This document shows, in pieces, positions 1-9,126 of a stretch of 36,245 nt of DNA. Every line of letters begins with the position of its first letter. The stretch's first letter is position 1. Origin of the DNA: Rickettsiales bacterium (GTDB lineage Bacteria > Pseudomonadota > Alphaproteobacteria > Rickettsiales > UBA8987); assembly GCA_020631295.1 (NCBI GenBank), contig JAHDHN010000003.1:1-36245 (forward strand), read 5' to 3'. The translations under genes and the position numbers were made by a program. The notes beneath the pieces were generated by a model. The model was not told the origin of the DNA, did not search any database, and saw nothing but the letters and a program-made list of their open reading frames with translations.

Positions 1-60
1 CTTGCATTTTACGCGGCGTTATCCTAGAAGCGCGCCAAAACTGCAACACGTAAATAGACT

Positions 61-876
61 ATGACCGAGACAATTATTATTCGTGCGTTTTACCGCTTTG
101 TTGCGTTGCCAGATTATGAGGCGCTGCGCGACCCATTAAAAACATTATGCGTGGAGCATGGCCTAAAAGGCACTATTCTGCTTGCTAGCGAAGGCATTAA
201 TTCCACCATTTCGGGCACCAAAGAAGCTATGGACAGGTTATTTGCCTGGTTTGATGCGGATCCACGCTTGGCTAATTTGGAATATAAAGAACATGAGGCT
301 GATTTTAAACCGTTTCAACGCATGAAAGTGCGTTTGAAGAAGGAAATAGTGCGCTTGGCTGTAGACGATGTGGATCCAAGCGATGCAGGTGAATATGTAG
401 ATGCGGACGGTTGGGATGCGTTGCTGGAAGATCCGGAAGTAAAAGTGATCGACACACGCAATCACTATGAATATCAGCTGGGCACATTTGAAAATGCTAT
501 TGATCCGCAGACCGATGAATTTCGTAGCCTACCAGAGTGGGTGGAAGAAAATCTGGACCCAGAAAAAGACAAGAAAGTGGCCATGTTCTGCACCGGCGGT
601 ATCCGCTGTGAAAAATCTACGGCATTATTAAAGCAGCGTGGTTTTGAGAATGTGTACCATTTAAAAGGCGGTATTTTGCAATATTTGGAAGATCGTAAGG
701 GCCAAGAGCATAAATGGCATGGTGATTGCTTTGTGTTTGACGACCGCATTGCTGTAAATGCACACTTGGAACCCACTGATGCACCTTTATGCAAACATTG
801 TGGCACCGTTGTTTCCATTGATGACATTCGCTGGGGTGAAAATAACCGTGGTATTGCCTGCAGCGATTGTGCCTAA
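61..876 (+). CDS. trhO: rhodanese-domain tRNA uridine(34) hydroxylase (UPF0176/YceA/TrhO family)
   Basis: 271 aa. N-terminal IRAFYRFV..LKGTILLASEGIN is typical of the UPF0176 family. Rhodanese active-site loop CTGGIRCEKS. C-terminal Cys cluster CKHCG...CSDC. Confidence 0.85.
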   Translation: MTETIIIRAFYRFVALPDYEALRDPLKTLCVEHGLKGTILLASEGINSTISGTKEAMDRLFAWFDADPRLANLEYKEHEADFKPFQRMKVRLKKEIVRLAVDDVDPSDAGEYVDADGWDALLEDPEVKVIDTRNHYEYQLGTFENAIDPQTDEFRSLPEWVEENLDPEKDKKVAMFCTGGIRCEKSTALLKQRGFENVYHLKGGILQYLEDRKGQEHKWHGDCFVFDDRIAVNAHLEPTDAPLCKHCGTVVSIDDIRWGENNRGIACSDCA

Positions 877-894
877 ATCGTATCTAGGTCTGTT

Positions 895-970
895 TCCTGC
901 GGCTTATCCGCAGGATCAAATCTAGCAGTTATGCTGTATCAGTATTTGACCCTGTGGTTAAACCACAGGG
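895..970. repeat. degenerate copy of the hairpin-modular MITE-like repeat family (two GC-rich hairpin modules)
   Basis: Hairpin tcctgcgg-ctta-tccgcagga at 895-915 and ccctgtggtt-aaaccacaggg at 950-970. The second resembles ccccgtggtcaagccacaggg in the copy at 36060-36207. The internal gctgtatc resembles the cgctgtatcg terminus of the 27097-27227 copy. Lies between convergent trhO and gltA. Confidence 0.5.
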
Positions 971-1001
971 AACAGTTTTTAGTAAGAGTGACTGATAATT
1001 T

Positions 1002-2300
1002 CTAACGTTTACTAATATCCACCACAGAGCGTTCCGTGTGTCCTGTGTAAAGCTGGCGTGGGCGACCAATGCGCAGCGCAGGATCGTTATTCATCTCGTG
1101 CCATTGCGCTACCCAACCTGCTGTGCGTGCCATAGCAAACATACCGGTAAACAAGCTGGTAGGGATACCCAGTGCTTTGTAAATAATGCCTGAATAGAAA
1201 TCCACATTTGGGAACAATTTACGCTCAATGAAATAGTCATCTTGCAGCGCAATGCGTTCTAGCTCTTGTGCAATTTCCAGCTCTGGGCTGTGGGTAATGC
1301 CCACCTCATCTAACACCTCATCGCAATATTTCTTCAGCACGGCTGCACGCGGATCATAATTTTTATACACGCGATGTCCAAAGCCCATCAGGCGGAACGG
1401 ATCAGATTTATCTTTTGCGCGTTTGATGAATTCTGGAATGCGGTCTTTGCTGCCAATTTGGTCGATCATTTCAATCACAGCTTCATTGGCACCGCCATGA
1501 GCAGGGCCCCATAAAGAGGAGATGCCTGCACCGATACAGGCAAATGGGTTGGCCTTGGATGAGCTTGCCAGGCGTACTGTGCTGGTAGAGGCATTTTGCT
1601 CATGGTCTGCATGCAAAATAAACAGCTTGTCCATCGCTTTGGCAATGCTTGGCTTTACCGTATAATTTTCGCATGGCACGCCAAACATCATATAAAGAAA
1701 GTTTTCTGCAAAACCACGGCTGTTATCTGGGTACATGAAGGGCTGGCCAATGGAATATTTATAGGCCATGGCGGTAAGTGTAGGCATTTTTGCAATCATA
1801 CGTCGCGCGGCCAAGTCACGCTCTTCTGGGTTATCAATATCCAAACTATCGTGATAGAACGCAGACAGCGAGGCAACCGAGCCCACTAAAATTGCCATAG
1901 GATGTGCACGGCGTGGAAAGCCTTGCAGCATGCCTTTTAGCTGCTCATGCACCATGGTGTGGTTGGTGATGCTTTGTACAAAATTATCTTTCTCGGCCTG
2001 ATTTGGCAGCTCACCATATAGCAGCAAATAGCACACTTCCAGATAGCTGCATTTCTCTACCAGATCTTCAATAGAATAGCCGCGATGGCGCAAAATGCCT
2101 TTTTCGCCATCAATAAACGTGATGGTGGATTCGCAAGAGGAGGTGGATACATAGCCAGGATCATGGGTGAACATGCCCGTATATTTGTACAGGCTTTTCA
2201 CATCAATCACATCCGGCCCTTCTGTGCCTTGCAAAATAGGCAGCTCAATATGTTGGCCTGTGCCGTTATGGGTAAGTGTTACAGTATTTTTACTCGTCAT
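1002..2300 (-). CDS. gltA: citrate synthase
   Basis: 432 aa with hallmark motifs [14 protein letters not shown] and [14 protein letters not shown]; full-length type II citrate synthase architecture. Confidence 0.97.
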   Translation of the reverse strand: MTSKNTVTLTHNGTGQHIELPILQGTEGPDVIDVKSLYKYTGMFTHDPGYVSTSSCESTITFIDGEKGILRHRGYSIEDLVEKCSYLEVCYLLLYGELPNQAEKDNFVQSITNHTMVHEQLKGMLQGFPRRAHPMAILVGSVASLSAFYHDSLDIDNPEERDLAARRMIAKMPTLTAMAYKYSIGQPFMYPDNSRGFAENFLYMMFGVPCENYTVKPSIAKAMDKLFILHADHEQNASTSTVRLASSSKANPFACIGAGISSLWGPAHGGANEAVIEMIDQIGSKDRIPEFIKRAKDKSDPFRLMGFGHRVYKNYDPRAAVLKKYCDEVLDEVGITHSPELEIAQELERIALQDDYFIERKLFPNVDFYSGIIYKALGIPTSLFTGMFAMARTAGWVAQWHEMNNDPALRIGRPRQLYTGHTERSVVDISKR

Positions 2301-2485
2301 AGCCCCTCACTTTAGAAAACTCTGCAAAAGCAGAGATTTCTATGTTTTTTGATTATTGCGCTCGCTTGCGCGGCGGAAAACCGCCATTTGCGATGACGGT
2401 TTTCAAAGAAGTATCTGTCTAAAGCAGACCCTTCTTTATTATCCCTTGTTTATGCCATAGTAGCTTGCTAGGTGCAATTGCAGTT

Positions 2486-3289
2486 ATGTTGGAAGTGCAA
2501 AAACATCTTTATTGCTATGGGTTAGGCTATTGTGCACAGCATTTGGTGGATGAGCTGGATAGATCTGCTTGGCAGGTGAGCCACTCTGTGCGAGAAGGCT
2601 TTGCATCGCTTAAGCTGCCAGAAAATATAACGCATGTGCTTATATCTATTCCACCGCAAGATGGTGTGGATATTGTGCTGCAACATCATTTGCAGGCACT
2701 GCAAGCACTTCCTAATTTGCAATGGGTGGGGTATTTATCTAGCACGGTTGTGTATGGTGACCATGATGGTGCATGGGTGGATGAAACTGCAGCGTTGCGG
2801 AGTATTACGGTGCGTGGCAAGGCGCGAATTAAAGCAGAGCAGGCTTGGATGGATTCTGGTCTGCCGGTGAATGTTTTTCGCTTAAGTGGTATTTATGGCC
2901 CAGGGCGCAATGCATTGCTGCAATTGCAACGCGGTACAGCCAAGCGTATCTATAAAGAAAACCATGTATTTTCACGCATTCATGTGGCGGATATTGTAGC
3001 AATGTTGCAGGCAAGTATTGCACATGAAGAAGCCGGTGAGATCTATAATGTAGCGGATGATATGCCTGCTGCGCAGCATGAGGTGGTGGCATATGCGGCA
3101 GAGCTGCTTGGCATAGATCCGCCGCCGTTAGTGCCATTTGAAAAAGCTGAGTTATCGCCCATGGCTGCCAGCTTCTATCAAGATTCACGCAAAATAAATA
3201 ACCGTAAGCTGAAAGCATTGCTGCCGGAGCTACGTTACCCGGATTATAAGATAGGGCTAGATAGTATAGTCACGAGATTAATGCATTAG
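2486..3289 (+). CDS. NAD(P)-binding SDR / epimerase-dehydratase family protein
   Basis: The ORF track starts at a TTG at 2465. ATG 2486 puts the Rossmann-like YGLGYCA motif near the N-terminus. RLSGIYGPGR and VADI segments are typical of atypical SDRs. Specific function unknown. Confidence 0.6.
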   Translation: MLEVQKHLYCYGLGYCAQHLVDELDRSAWQVSHSVREGFASLKLPENITHVLISIPPQDGVDIVLQHHLQALQALPNLQWVGYLSSTVVYGDHDGAWVDETAALRSITVRGKARIKAEQAWMDSGLPVNVFRLSGIYGPGRNALLQLQRGTAKRIYKENHVFSRIHVADIVAMLQASIAHEEAGEIYNVADDMPAAQHEVVAYAAELLGIDPPPLVPFEKAELSPMAASFYQDSRKINNRKLKALLPELRYPDYKIGLDSIVTRLMH

Positions 3290-3556
3290 TTGATATACCA
3301 TATATTGCGCTACATAGAGAATAAAAAGCAGTACCAGCGGTGCAAAATCCAAGCCCTCAATAGGTTTAAGAAAACGACGAATATAGCGCAGGGCAGGGGA
3401 CACAATGATCTCTAATGCACGTGAAAGGCGATACACGAGCGGGTGATGTGTGTTAATAATATTAAAATAAATTAGCCAATGTAAAATAACATGTGCTAGC
3501 ACAAACCAGCCATAGAATTTCAGGGCAAAATAAAGTGGAGCAAGTAGCAGTTTCAT
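3278..3556 (-). CDS. yggT: YggT family small membrane protein
   Basis: Start reassigned to ATG 3556 (MKLLLAPLYF...). The longer ORF to 3721 would overlap dksA. Two hydrophobic helices and SPALRYIRRFLKPIEGLDFAPLV match the YggT signature (P..R..P..gg.D.sP). The 3-prime end overlaps the convergent SDR gene by 12 nt. Confidence 0.6.
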   Translation of the reverse strand: MKLLLAPLYFALKFYGWFVLAHVILHWLIYFNIINTHHPLVYRLSRALEIIVSPALRYIRRFLKPIEGLDFAPLVLLFILYVAQYMVYQLMH

Positions 3557-3658
3557 CTGTTCATTCCTGTTTCTTTGTTGTACAGTGAATAACAGTTTTT
3601 TCTTGCCGAAAAAGCAAAAGATTGTAAATCCCTGTATGGGAATAAAGGAGGGTGGTCC

Positions 3659-4090
3659 ATGGTAAAGCTGCCAAAGAATTATACGCCAAGTGAAAAAGAA
3701 GCTTATATGTGCGATAAGCATAAGGCTTATTTCCGTGCTAAATTAGAGGCCTGGAAAGAAGAGCTGTTGGCGGAATCAAATGAGACGATCAATAATTTAA
3801 AGCATGAAAATCTGAATGAACCAGATTTGAACGACCGTGCTTCTGTGGAAACGGATACGGCGCTGGAGTTGCGTACACGTGACCGTTATCGCAAGCTTGT
3901 ATCTAAAATTGATGCGGCGGTGAAGCGTATTGAAGAAGATGAGTATGGCTATTGTGAGGTAACTGGTGAAGAAATTGGCCTTGGTCGCTTAGAAGCACGT
4001 CCAATTGCTACGATGACAGTGGAAGCACAAGAAGAGCATGAAGAACGTGAGCGCTTAGAAAAAATGGGCCGTATTGCTGAAGACGAGTAG
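3659..4090 (+). CDS. dksA: RNA polymerase-binding transcription factor DksA (one-cysteine variant)
   Basis: 143 aa. Coiled-coil tip DLNDRA (DxxDxA). C-terminal YGYCEVTGEEIGLGRLEARPIATMTVEAQ aligns to the DksA zinc-finger region but keeps only one Cys. AGGAGG lies 7-8 nt upstream of the ATG. Confidence 0.9.
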   Translation: MVKLPKNYTPSEKEAYMCDKHKAYFRAKLEAWKEELLAESNETINNLKHENLNEPDLNDRASVETDTALELRTRDRYRKLVSKIDAAVKRIEEDEYGYCEVTGEEIGLGRLEARPIATMTVEAQEEHEERERLEKMGRIAEDE

Positions 4091-4106
4091 TCTTTATTGA
4101 TATATT

Positions 4107-4646
4107 CTACTTAATTACATTATCTGCGATGCGCAGCAATTTGGAGCTGGCTTTAAGGCCCACGCTGGTTAGATTCCTCAGATGCATGTTGAATAATACT
4201 TTTTCTTTATCGGTTATAAATTCGACCATGCCTTGCTCATTAAGATAATTTGGAATAGCGCTGATAGTAAGGATAGGGCGGTCTTTTATTGCTGCATGGA
4301 CATCTTGCAATGTGCGTTCTTTTTCTGTGCCGATATATAAAATACTGCAACGTTCAAGGTCAAGTTGATAGGTAAAACGCTCTGATTTTACCTTTACCCT
4401 ATATTCACTGCCATTTTGGTCCTCTTGCAGCGGTGAAAGTATTTCTGCAATATCTGCAGCATCCAAAATACAAATAGTGTGTGTTTTTGTTGTGTAGGTA
4501 AGGCTTTCTTTAGGCCAGCTAATAAATTTAAGAAAATTATACACGTAACCCGCCTGCAGTTGCTGGCTGGTAAGGTTCTGGGCGTTAGCTGCCCCGATCA
4601 CTAACAGCAAAAACAGTGTTAGTAGTTGTTTTATATAATATTTCAC
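4107..4646 (-). CDS. YfiR-like periplasmic protein (DUF4154 family)
   Basis: 179 aa. Signal peptide with an ANA-Q cleavage site. LQAGYVYNFLKFISWP and the C-terminal SSKLLRIADNV are characteristic of DUF4154/YfiR. Starts 31 nt downstream of the receptor gene on the same strand. Confidence 0.7.
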   Translation of the reverse strand: MKYYIKQLLTLFLLLVIGAANAQNLTSQQLQAGYVYNFLKFISWPKESLTYTTKTHTICILDAADIAEILSPLQEDQNGSEYRVKVKSERFTYQLDLERCSILYIGTEKERTLQDVHAAIKDRPILTISAIPNYLNEQGMVEFITDKEKVLFNMHLRNLTSVGLKASSKLLRIADNVIK

Positions 4647-4677
4647 AAATAATCTCGCGGACTAATCTAAGCCCTTC

Positions 4678-6648
4678 TTAGAATTCTACGGTCACACGGC
4701 CAAAAATACTGCGCTCAATCTCTGCAGACTCAGCATAAAAGGAGTCATTGAATTCCACATGTTCTGAGTCAAAGAGGTTCTTGCCTATTACCTCAATACC
4801 CACATTCTCATTCACCTGATAGGAGACGCGCGTATCAAAACGAATGTAATCATCTACATTGCGTAGTTCATCTGCGTAATAGAGCATGTTATCTAGCTCA
4901 ATACCATATGGCAGATTGGCATGAGAGCGGAGTGAAAGTAAGTGCTCTGAAGTGCGCTCTTCATCCGGTTCTAATGTGCCAACATCTGTGCTTAAATCAT
5001 CCAAATGGAGGTGTACTTTTGTATATGTATAATTAGCTTCCATGCGCCATTTCGGGTTAATTTGCCATGTAGCCGAGAGTTCTGCGCCGTAGGTTTCACC
5101 GTAGCCTAAATTATCTACGACTAAAGGTAGGTCAAGAAACGGGCTAAGTGTTGGGTGGGTTGTATTTATAAAAGGTGTTTCTTGTTCAAACGTACGTAAA
5201 TTATCATAGTCGTTATAGTAAGCGCTTATATCTAGTGACAGGTTTTCACATAGTTTAGTACGCAAGCCCAACTCATAGGCCGTTAGCTCTTCGGACTCAA
5301 AATGCGGCGACCCACTTTGCGTAAAGATAGTGCTTGGTGCTACGGTTAAAGAAATACTTTTTAAAGATTCTTCATGCCTTGTTGGTGTGCGTACTGCATA
5401 AGAAACAGCACCCCAAAGAGTGGTGTCTTTTGTTGGTGTGTAGGCAATACGTGCGTTTGGTTGTATTTCTAGATGCGTAAAATCATTGTATTCGAACTTA
5501 CTGCCAAGCGTAAGATACAGAGTATCTTCCAAGAGAGAGATTTTATCTTGAATAAAGATATTGCTTACAGAGAAATCAAGATTTTCATCTGTGTAAAGCA
5601 AGTAGTTAGTACCATTAATATCGTCAGACATAAAGCGGTAACCAGCTCCAATGCTCACTTCATGATTGGCAATAGGAGTGAAGTTATATTGCAGTTCTGC
5701 ATCAATGGTGTGGCGTTGCTTTTGGACTATATTAATATCTCTATTAATGTAATCATAGTAAAGTTTTCCATGAAGGCTGGAATTATCACGCTGTGTATTG
5801 AAGCTCAGATTAATATTTGCACCATCAAAATCAGTAGGGTCTGTAAGAATAATGGGCACGCCTGGTGTTAAAGAGGGCACAAAGGAGTCATCTGTGGCTT
5901 TACCTGAATAAAAGTTACCAATGGCTGTGTAGTTTGTGGCATTTGTTTCGTGATCAATGCGGAAGCCGCCACGTGATACGTCATAATCGTCTTTTGAATT
6001 TACATTGTTAGGAAATTGTTGTTCTTCATGATCAATATGTTTTCCGTATAGGCGATATGTTGTGTTTTCTCCAATCTTGCCGCCATAACGTGCTTCTGCC
6101 CCCCAAATTTCATTGCCAGCCGTGGCTTGGACATAGCCGCCTTGGGTTTCTTTGGCTGATTTGGTGACGATATTGATTACGCCATTTACTGCATTGGCAC
6201 CCCACAGGGAGCCGCCTGGACCACGAATTACCTCGATACGGTCAATATCTTCAATGAGATAATCTTGTGCATCCCAAAATACACCGGAGAACAAAGGTGT
6301 ATAGATAGTACGGCCATCCATGAGTACCAAAAGTTTATTGGTATATTGGCGGTTATTTCCTCGTGCTGAAATGGACCATTTATTAGCGTCAATACGCGCT
6401 ACTTGTACACCAGGGACTAAGCGTAAGGCTTCAGGAATGGAGCTTACGCCTGTACGTCGCATATCTTCACTGGTTACCACATAAATAGCAGCAGCAGCTG
6501 TGCGCTTTTCTTCTTCTTGCTTGGATACAGAGGTAACCGTTTGGTTCATTAGCTCTTCTAATGTCATATCAAACACATTAGACGCAGAAACAGTTGAAAC
6601 AGCTGCACCAAGCATAGCCGCTAGCGCTACGGAAGATTTAAAACCCAT
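4678..6648 (-). CDS. TonB-dependent outer-membrane receptor (plug plus beta-barrel)
   Basis: Signal peptide, then a plug region (IPEALRLVPGVQV, LVLMDGRTIY, IEVIRGPGGSLWGANAVNGVINIVTK). Long barrel ending in the terminal aromatic residue (RVTVEF). ATG 6648 is preferred over the track start at 6657, which is a GTG overlapping the GGAG ribosome-binding site. Confidence 0.9.
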   Translation of the reverse strand: MGFKSSVALAAMLGAAVSTVSASNVFDMTLEELMNQTVTSVSKQEEEKRTAAAAIYVVTSEDMRRTGVSSIPEALRLVPGVQVARIDANKWSISARGNNRQYTNKLLVLMDGRTIYTPLFSGVFWDAQDYLIEDIDRIEVIRGPGGSLWGANAVNGVINIVTKSAKETQGGYVQATAGNEIWGAEARYGGKIGENTTYRLYGKHIDHEEQQFPNNVNSKDDYDVSRGGFRIDHETNATNYTAIGNFYSGKATDDSFVPSLTPGVPIILTDPTDFDGANINLSFNTQRDNSSLHGKLYYDYINRDINIVQKQRHTIDAELQYNFTPIANHEVSIGAGYRFMSDDINGTNYLLYTDENLDFSVSNIFIQDKISLLEDTLYLTLGSKFEYNDFTHLEIQPNARIAYTPTKDTTLWGAVSYAVRTPTRHEESLKSISLTVAPSTIFTQSGSPHFESEELTAYELGLRTKLCENLSLDISAYYNDYDNLRTFEQETPFINTTHPTLSPFLDLPLVVDNLGYGETYGAELSATWQINPKWRMEANYTYTKVHLHLDDLSTDVGTLEPDEERTSEHLLSLRSHANLPYGIELDNMLYYADELRNVDDYIRFDTRVSYQVNENVGIEVIGKNLFDSEHVEFNDSFYAESAEIERSIFGRVTVEF

Positions 6649-6669
6649 GATGTGCACTCCTATAGTTTT

Positions 6670-7323
6670 TTAGAATGCTAATTTAAAGAGCTGCATTCTG
6701 TAGTCACCATAGTCTGTTTTGTTCGGAAGTTCAACATCAGAGACTTTTATGTAGTTGAGATCTAACATTGTTTTGAAAACAATCTTATAAATACGGCTGT
6801 TTAATGCGGGTGCTACAGCAAACATATATTTAGCATTTTGTTCAATGCAGTTTAGAGCAATATAATAAAGCAAGCCATAGAGCACATTTGTGCCTCTAAG
6901 AGATTCAGCAATGACCAATCTGGAGCACTCTACACAGTCAAAACGATCGGCACTTATTTCCCTTAGATGTGAATCGAGTGAAAAATTATCATGCTCAAAG
7001 GAAAGCTTTGGATAAAGCTGGCTTGTTTTGTTCATTTTAAAGCCACCTACCACTTCACCTTCATAGGATACAACTAACATATCGCCATTTACTTCGTAAG
7101 GCTCAAGCTTTGTGGGGAAATTTTCTTCACCCACCATTTCGGAGAAAATGCGGTTACAAAGCTGCTTATAAGCCCAGATTTTTTTAGGCTCGCGCGTCCA
7201 TTCGAAGGTAAAACCTTTATCTAGCAAAGGTTGTACATATTTTTCATAGGCAGCATCAAATTTGCTGAAGTCATGCAACGAATCTTCGGAGAGAAAGGAA
7301 GGGCGAGCTGTTGTAAAATTCAT
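6670..7323 (-). CDS. hypothetical protein, GNAT-fold acyltransferase-like (LuxI / N-acyl amino acid synthase-like)
   Basis: 217 aa. The core GEVVGGFKMN ... VECSRLVIAESLRGTNVLYGLLYYIALNCIEQNAKYMFAVA resembles the beta4-alpha3 (E-x-SR-hydrophobic, R-G-x) region of acyl-ACP/CoA-dependent GNAT-fold synthases. Ends 21 nt upstream of the receptor gene. The ORF is solid; the function is tentative. Confidence 0.4.
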   Translation of the reverse strand: MNFTTARPSFLSEDSLHDFSKFDAAYEKYVQPLLDKGFTFEWTREPKKIWAYKQLCNRIFSEMVGEENFPTKLEPYEVNGDMLVVSYEGEVVGGFKMNKTSQLYPKLSFEHDNFSLDSHLREISADRFDCVECSRLVIAESLRGTNVLYGLLYYIALNCIEQNAKYMFAVAPALNSRIYKIVFKTMLDLNYIKVSDVELPNKTDYGDYRMQLFKLAF

Positions 7324-7578
7324 AAAAATCAGTTACCTAGCCTGTTATTCTGGGCAGTTTGCATTTAACCTTGCACAGATTAACGAAAAATTAACGGTTA
7401 TTGTTTAGACAATAATATTCATTGTGTAAACGCACAACTTGAGACATAGCTGCAATTAATGGTAATAGGGCTGTTACCAAAACTCACCATTATGGTGAAA
7501 AGAAAAAACTAGCCAAACTGGGGAATAATTACTCTCCATATTGGTTAAAAAGGTAAGAGGAGGCGGTAGCGGAATAAG

Positions 7579-9105
7579 ATGCTTTTTCAGCGCACCATTG
7601 GCAACATGCCGATGCGACGGAAGATCATTGTGATCACCGTTACCACAGCGACATTGGCGCTGATCTTCGCCTTTGTTGCCTTCATGCTTTATAATTCTTA
7701 TAAACAACGTGAGATTCTGCGCAATGATATTGCCGTGCTTAGGGATGTGCTTGGAAAGCAATCTATCGCAGCACTTACCTTCTTTGATTATGATGTGGGT
7801 AAGGAGAATTTGGAGGCGCTGCGAGAAAAGGAATCGGTAATTATTGCGTGTCTGTATGACACGGCCATGAAAGAGTTCTCCTCCTATCACCGTAATGAGG
7901 AATATGTAAATTGCCCTAATTCACCGCCATTGGGAGGCTATTTTACCGAGTATGGCCTGGAAACACATTCCTATATCAACTTTAAGGGAGAGTATTTAGG
8001 CTCTATTTATATCCGTTCAGATCTGCGCCAAATTACCGAGGATTTTAGGCAGCTTGGTATATTTGTGCTGATCTTCTTGATATTGGGTGTGGCACTGGCT
8101 TATTTGATTTCGCTTTATATGCTACGCTTTATCACGCGCCCAATTGATAATTTGGTGCATACGGCCACACGCGTTACGCGTGATCATAATTATACCACAC
8201 GGGCGCGCAAAATGACCAATGATGAATTGGGGCAGCTGGTAGTAAGCTTCAATGAGATGTTAGGTGAGATTGAAAACCGAGACCGTGCGATTGTAGATTC
8301 CTATAATTTATTAGAAAAACGCGTAGTAGAGCGTACCAAAGCTTTGGCAACCGCAAAGGAAGAGGCGGAGAACGCTAACCAGTCGAAAAGTGAGTTCTTG
8401 GCCAATATGTCTCATGAATTACGTACGCCAATGCATGCGATTCTAAGCTTTGCAGATTTTGGTTTGGAAGAAAGTAAGAAAGATCCGGACAGCGAAGAAC
8501 ATCGCTTTTTTACACGCATTAAAACAGCCGGAGATCGCTTGCTTAAATTGCTGAATAACCTGCTTGATTTATCCAAGCTAGAAGCAGGCAAGATGGATTT
8601 CACCATGCGCCAGGCGGATATGATGCGTGTGATTGAGAATGTGGTGCGTGAAATTAATATTTTAGCAACGAAAAAGCAGATCACGGTAAATGTGCACTCC
8701 TCTCTTTCCAACACCTCTATTGCCATGGATAAAGATAAAATCTTCCAGGTGGTGCAAAATTTGGTGGCGAATGCGATTAAATTCTCTCCGGATAAATCAA
8801 CGGTGCATATTAATGTAAAAGATATGCGGGATATAGAAAAGCCATCCAATGTAGAGTTTGAGCGTGGCATGGCGGTGCAGGTGATTGATGAAGGGGTGGG
8901 TATTCCAGAAGATGAGTTGTCAAATGTATTTGATAAGTTCATCCAAAGCAGCCATACCACCAGTGGTGCGGGCGGTACAGGGCTTGGACTAGCAATCTCG
9001 CAGGAGATGGTTGCGGCGCATCATGGGCATATTTGGTGTGAAAATAACGATGAGGCTGGTGCAACATTCACATTTGTGTTACCACTAAGTGATAGGAATA
9101 ATTAG
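7579..9105 (+). CDS. sensor histidine kinase (TM, CHASE8-like periplasmic domain, TM, HAMP, HisKA, HATPase_c)
   Basis: 508 aa. Two TM helices (IIVITVTTATLALIFAFVAFML and GIFVLIFLILGVALAYLISLYML) flank a ~130-aa domain. HAMP region (RPIDNLVHTA..DELGQLVVSFNEM). H-box SEFLANMSHELRTPMH. N-box NLVANAIKFSP. G-boxes DEGVGIP and GGTGLGLAIS. The start could instead be ATG 7609 or 7615. Confidence 0.9.
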   Translation: MLFQRTIGNMPMRRKIIVITVTTATLALIFAFVAFMLYNSYKQREILRNDIAVLRDVLGKQSIAALTFFDYDVGKENLEALREKESVIIACLYDTAMKEFSSYHRNEEYVNCPNSPPLGGYFTEYGLETHSYINFKGEYLGSIYIRSDLRQITEDFRQLGIFVLIFLILGVALAYLISLYMLRFITRPIDNLVHTATRVTRDHNYTTRARKMTNDELGQLVVSFNEMLGEIENRDRAIVDSYNLLEKRVVERTKALATAKEEAENANQSKSEFLANMSHELRTPMHAILSFADFGLEESKKDPDSEEHRFFTRIKTAGDRLLKLLNNLLDLSKLEAGKMDFTMRQADMMRVIENVVREINILATKKQITVNVHSSLSNTSIAMDKDKIFQVVQNLVANAIKFSPDKSTVHINVKDMRDIEKPSNVEFERGMAVQVIDEGVGIPEDELSNVFDKFIQSSHTTSGAGGTGLGLAISQEMVAAHHGHIWCENNDEAGATFTFVLPLSDRNN

Positions 9106-9126
9106 AAGATGGGGGAGATCGTAAAT

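Noticed and set aside
2350-2400. ggcgg-aaaa-ccgcc hairpin followed by gcgatgacg in the gltA upstream region
   Set aside because: It is possibly a half-copy of the repeat family, but there is no cgtcat partner or shared internal block. Evidence is insufficient.
3557-3721. N-terminal extension of the yggT ORF, and likewise the aroC extension at 24522-24647
   Set aside because: The extensions overlap the dksA and yrbG coding sequences. Internal ATGs give N-termini matching the conserved family starts (MKLLLAPLYF and [20 protein letters not shown]).
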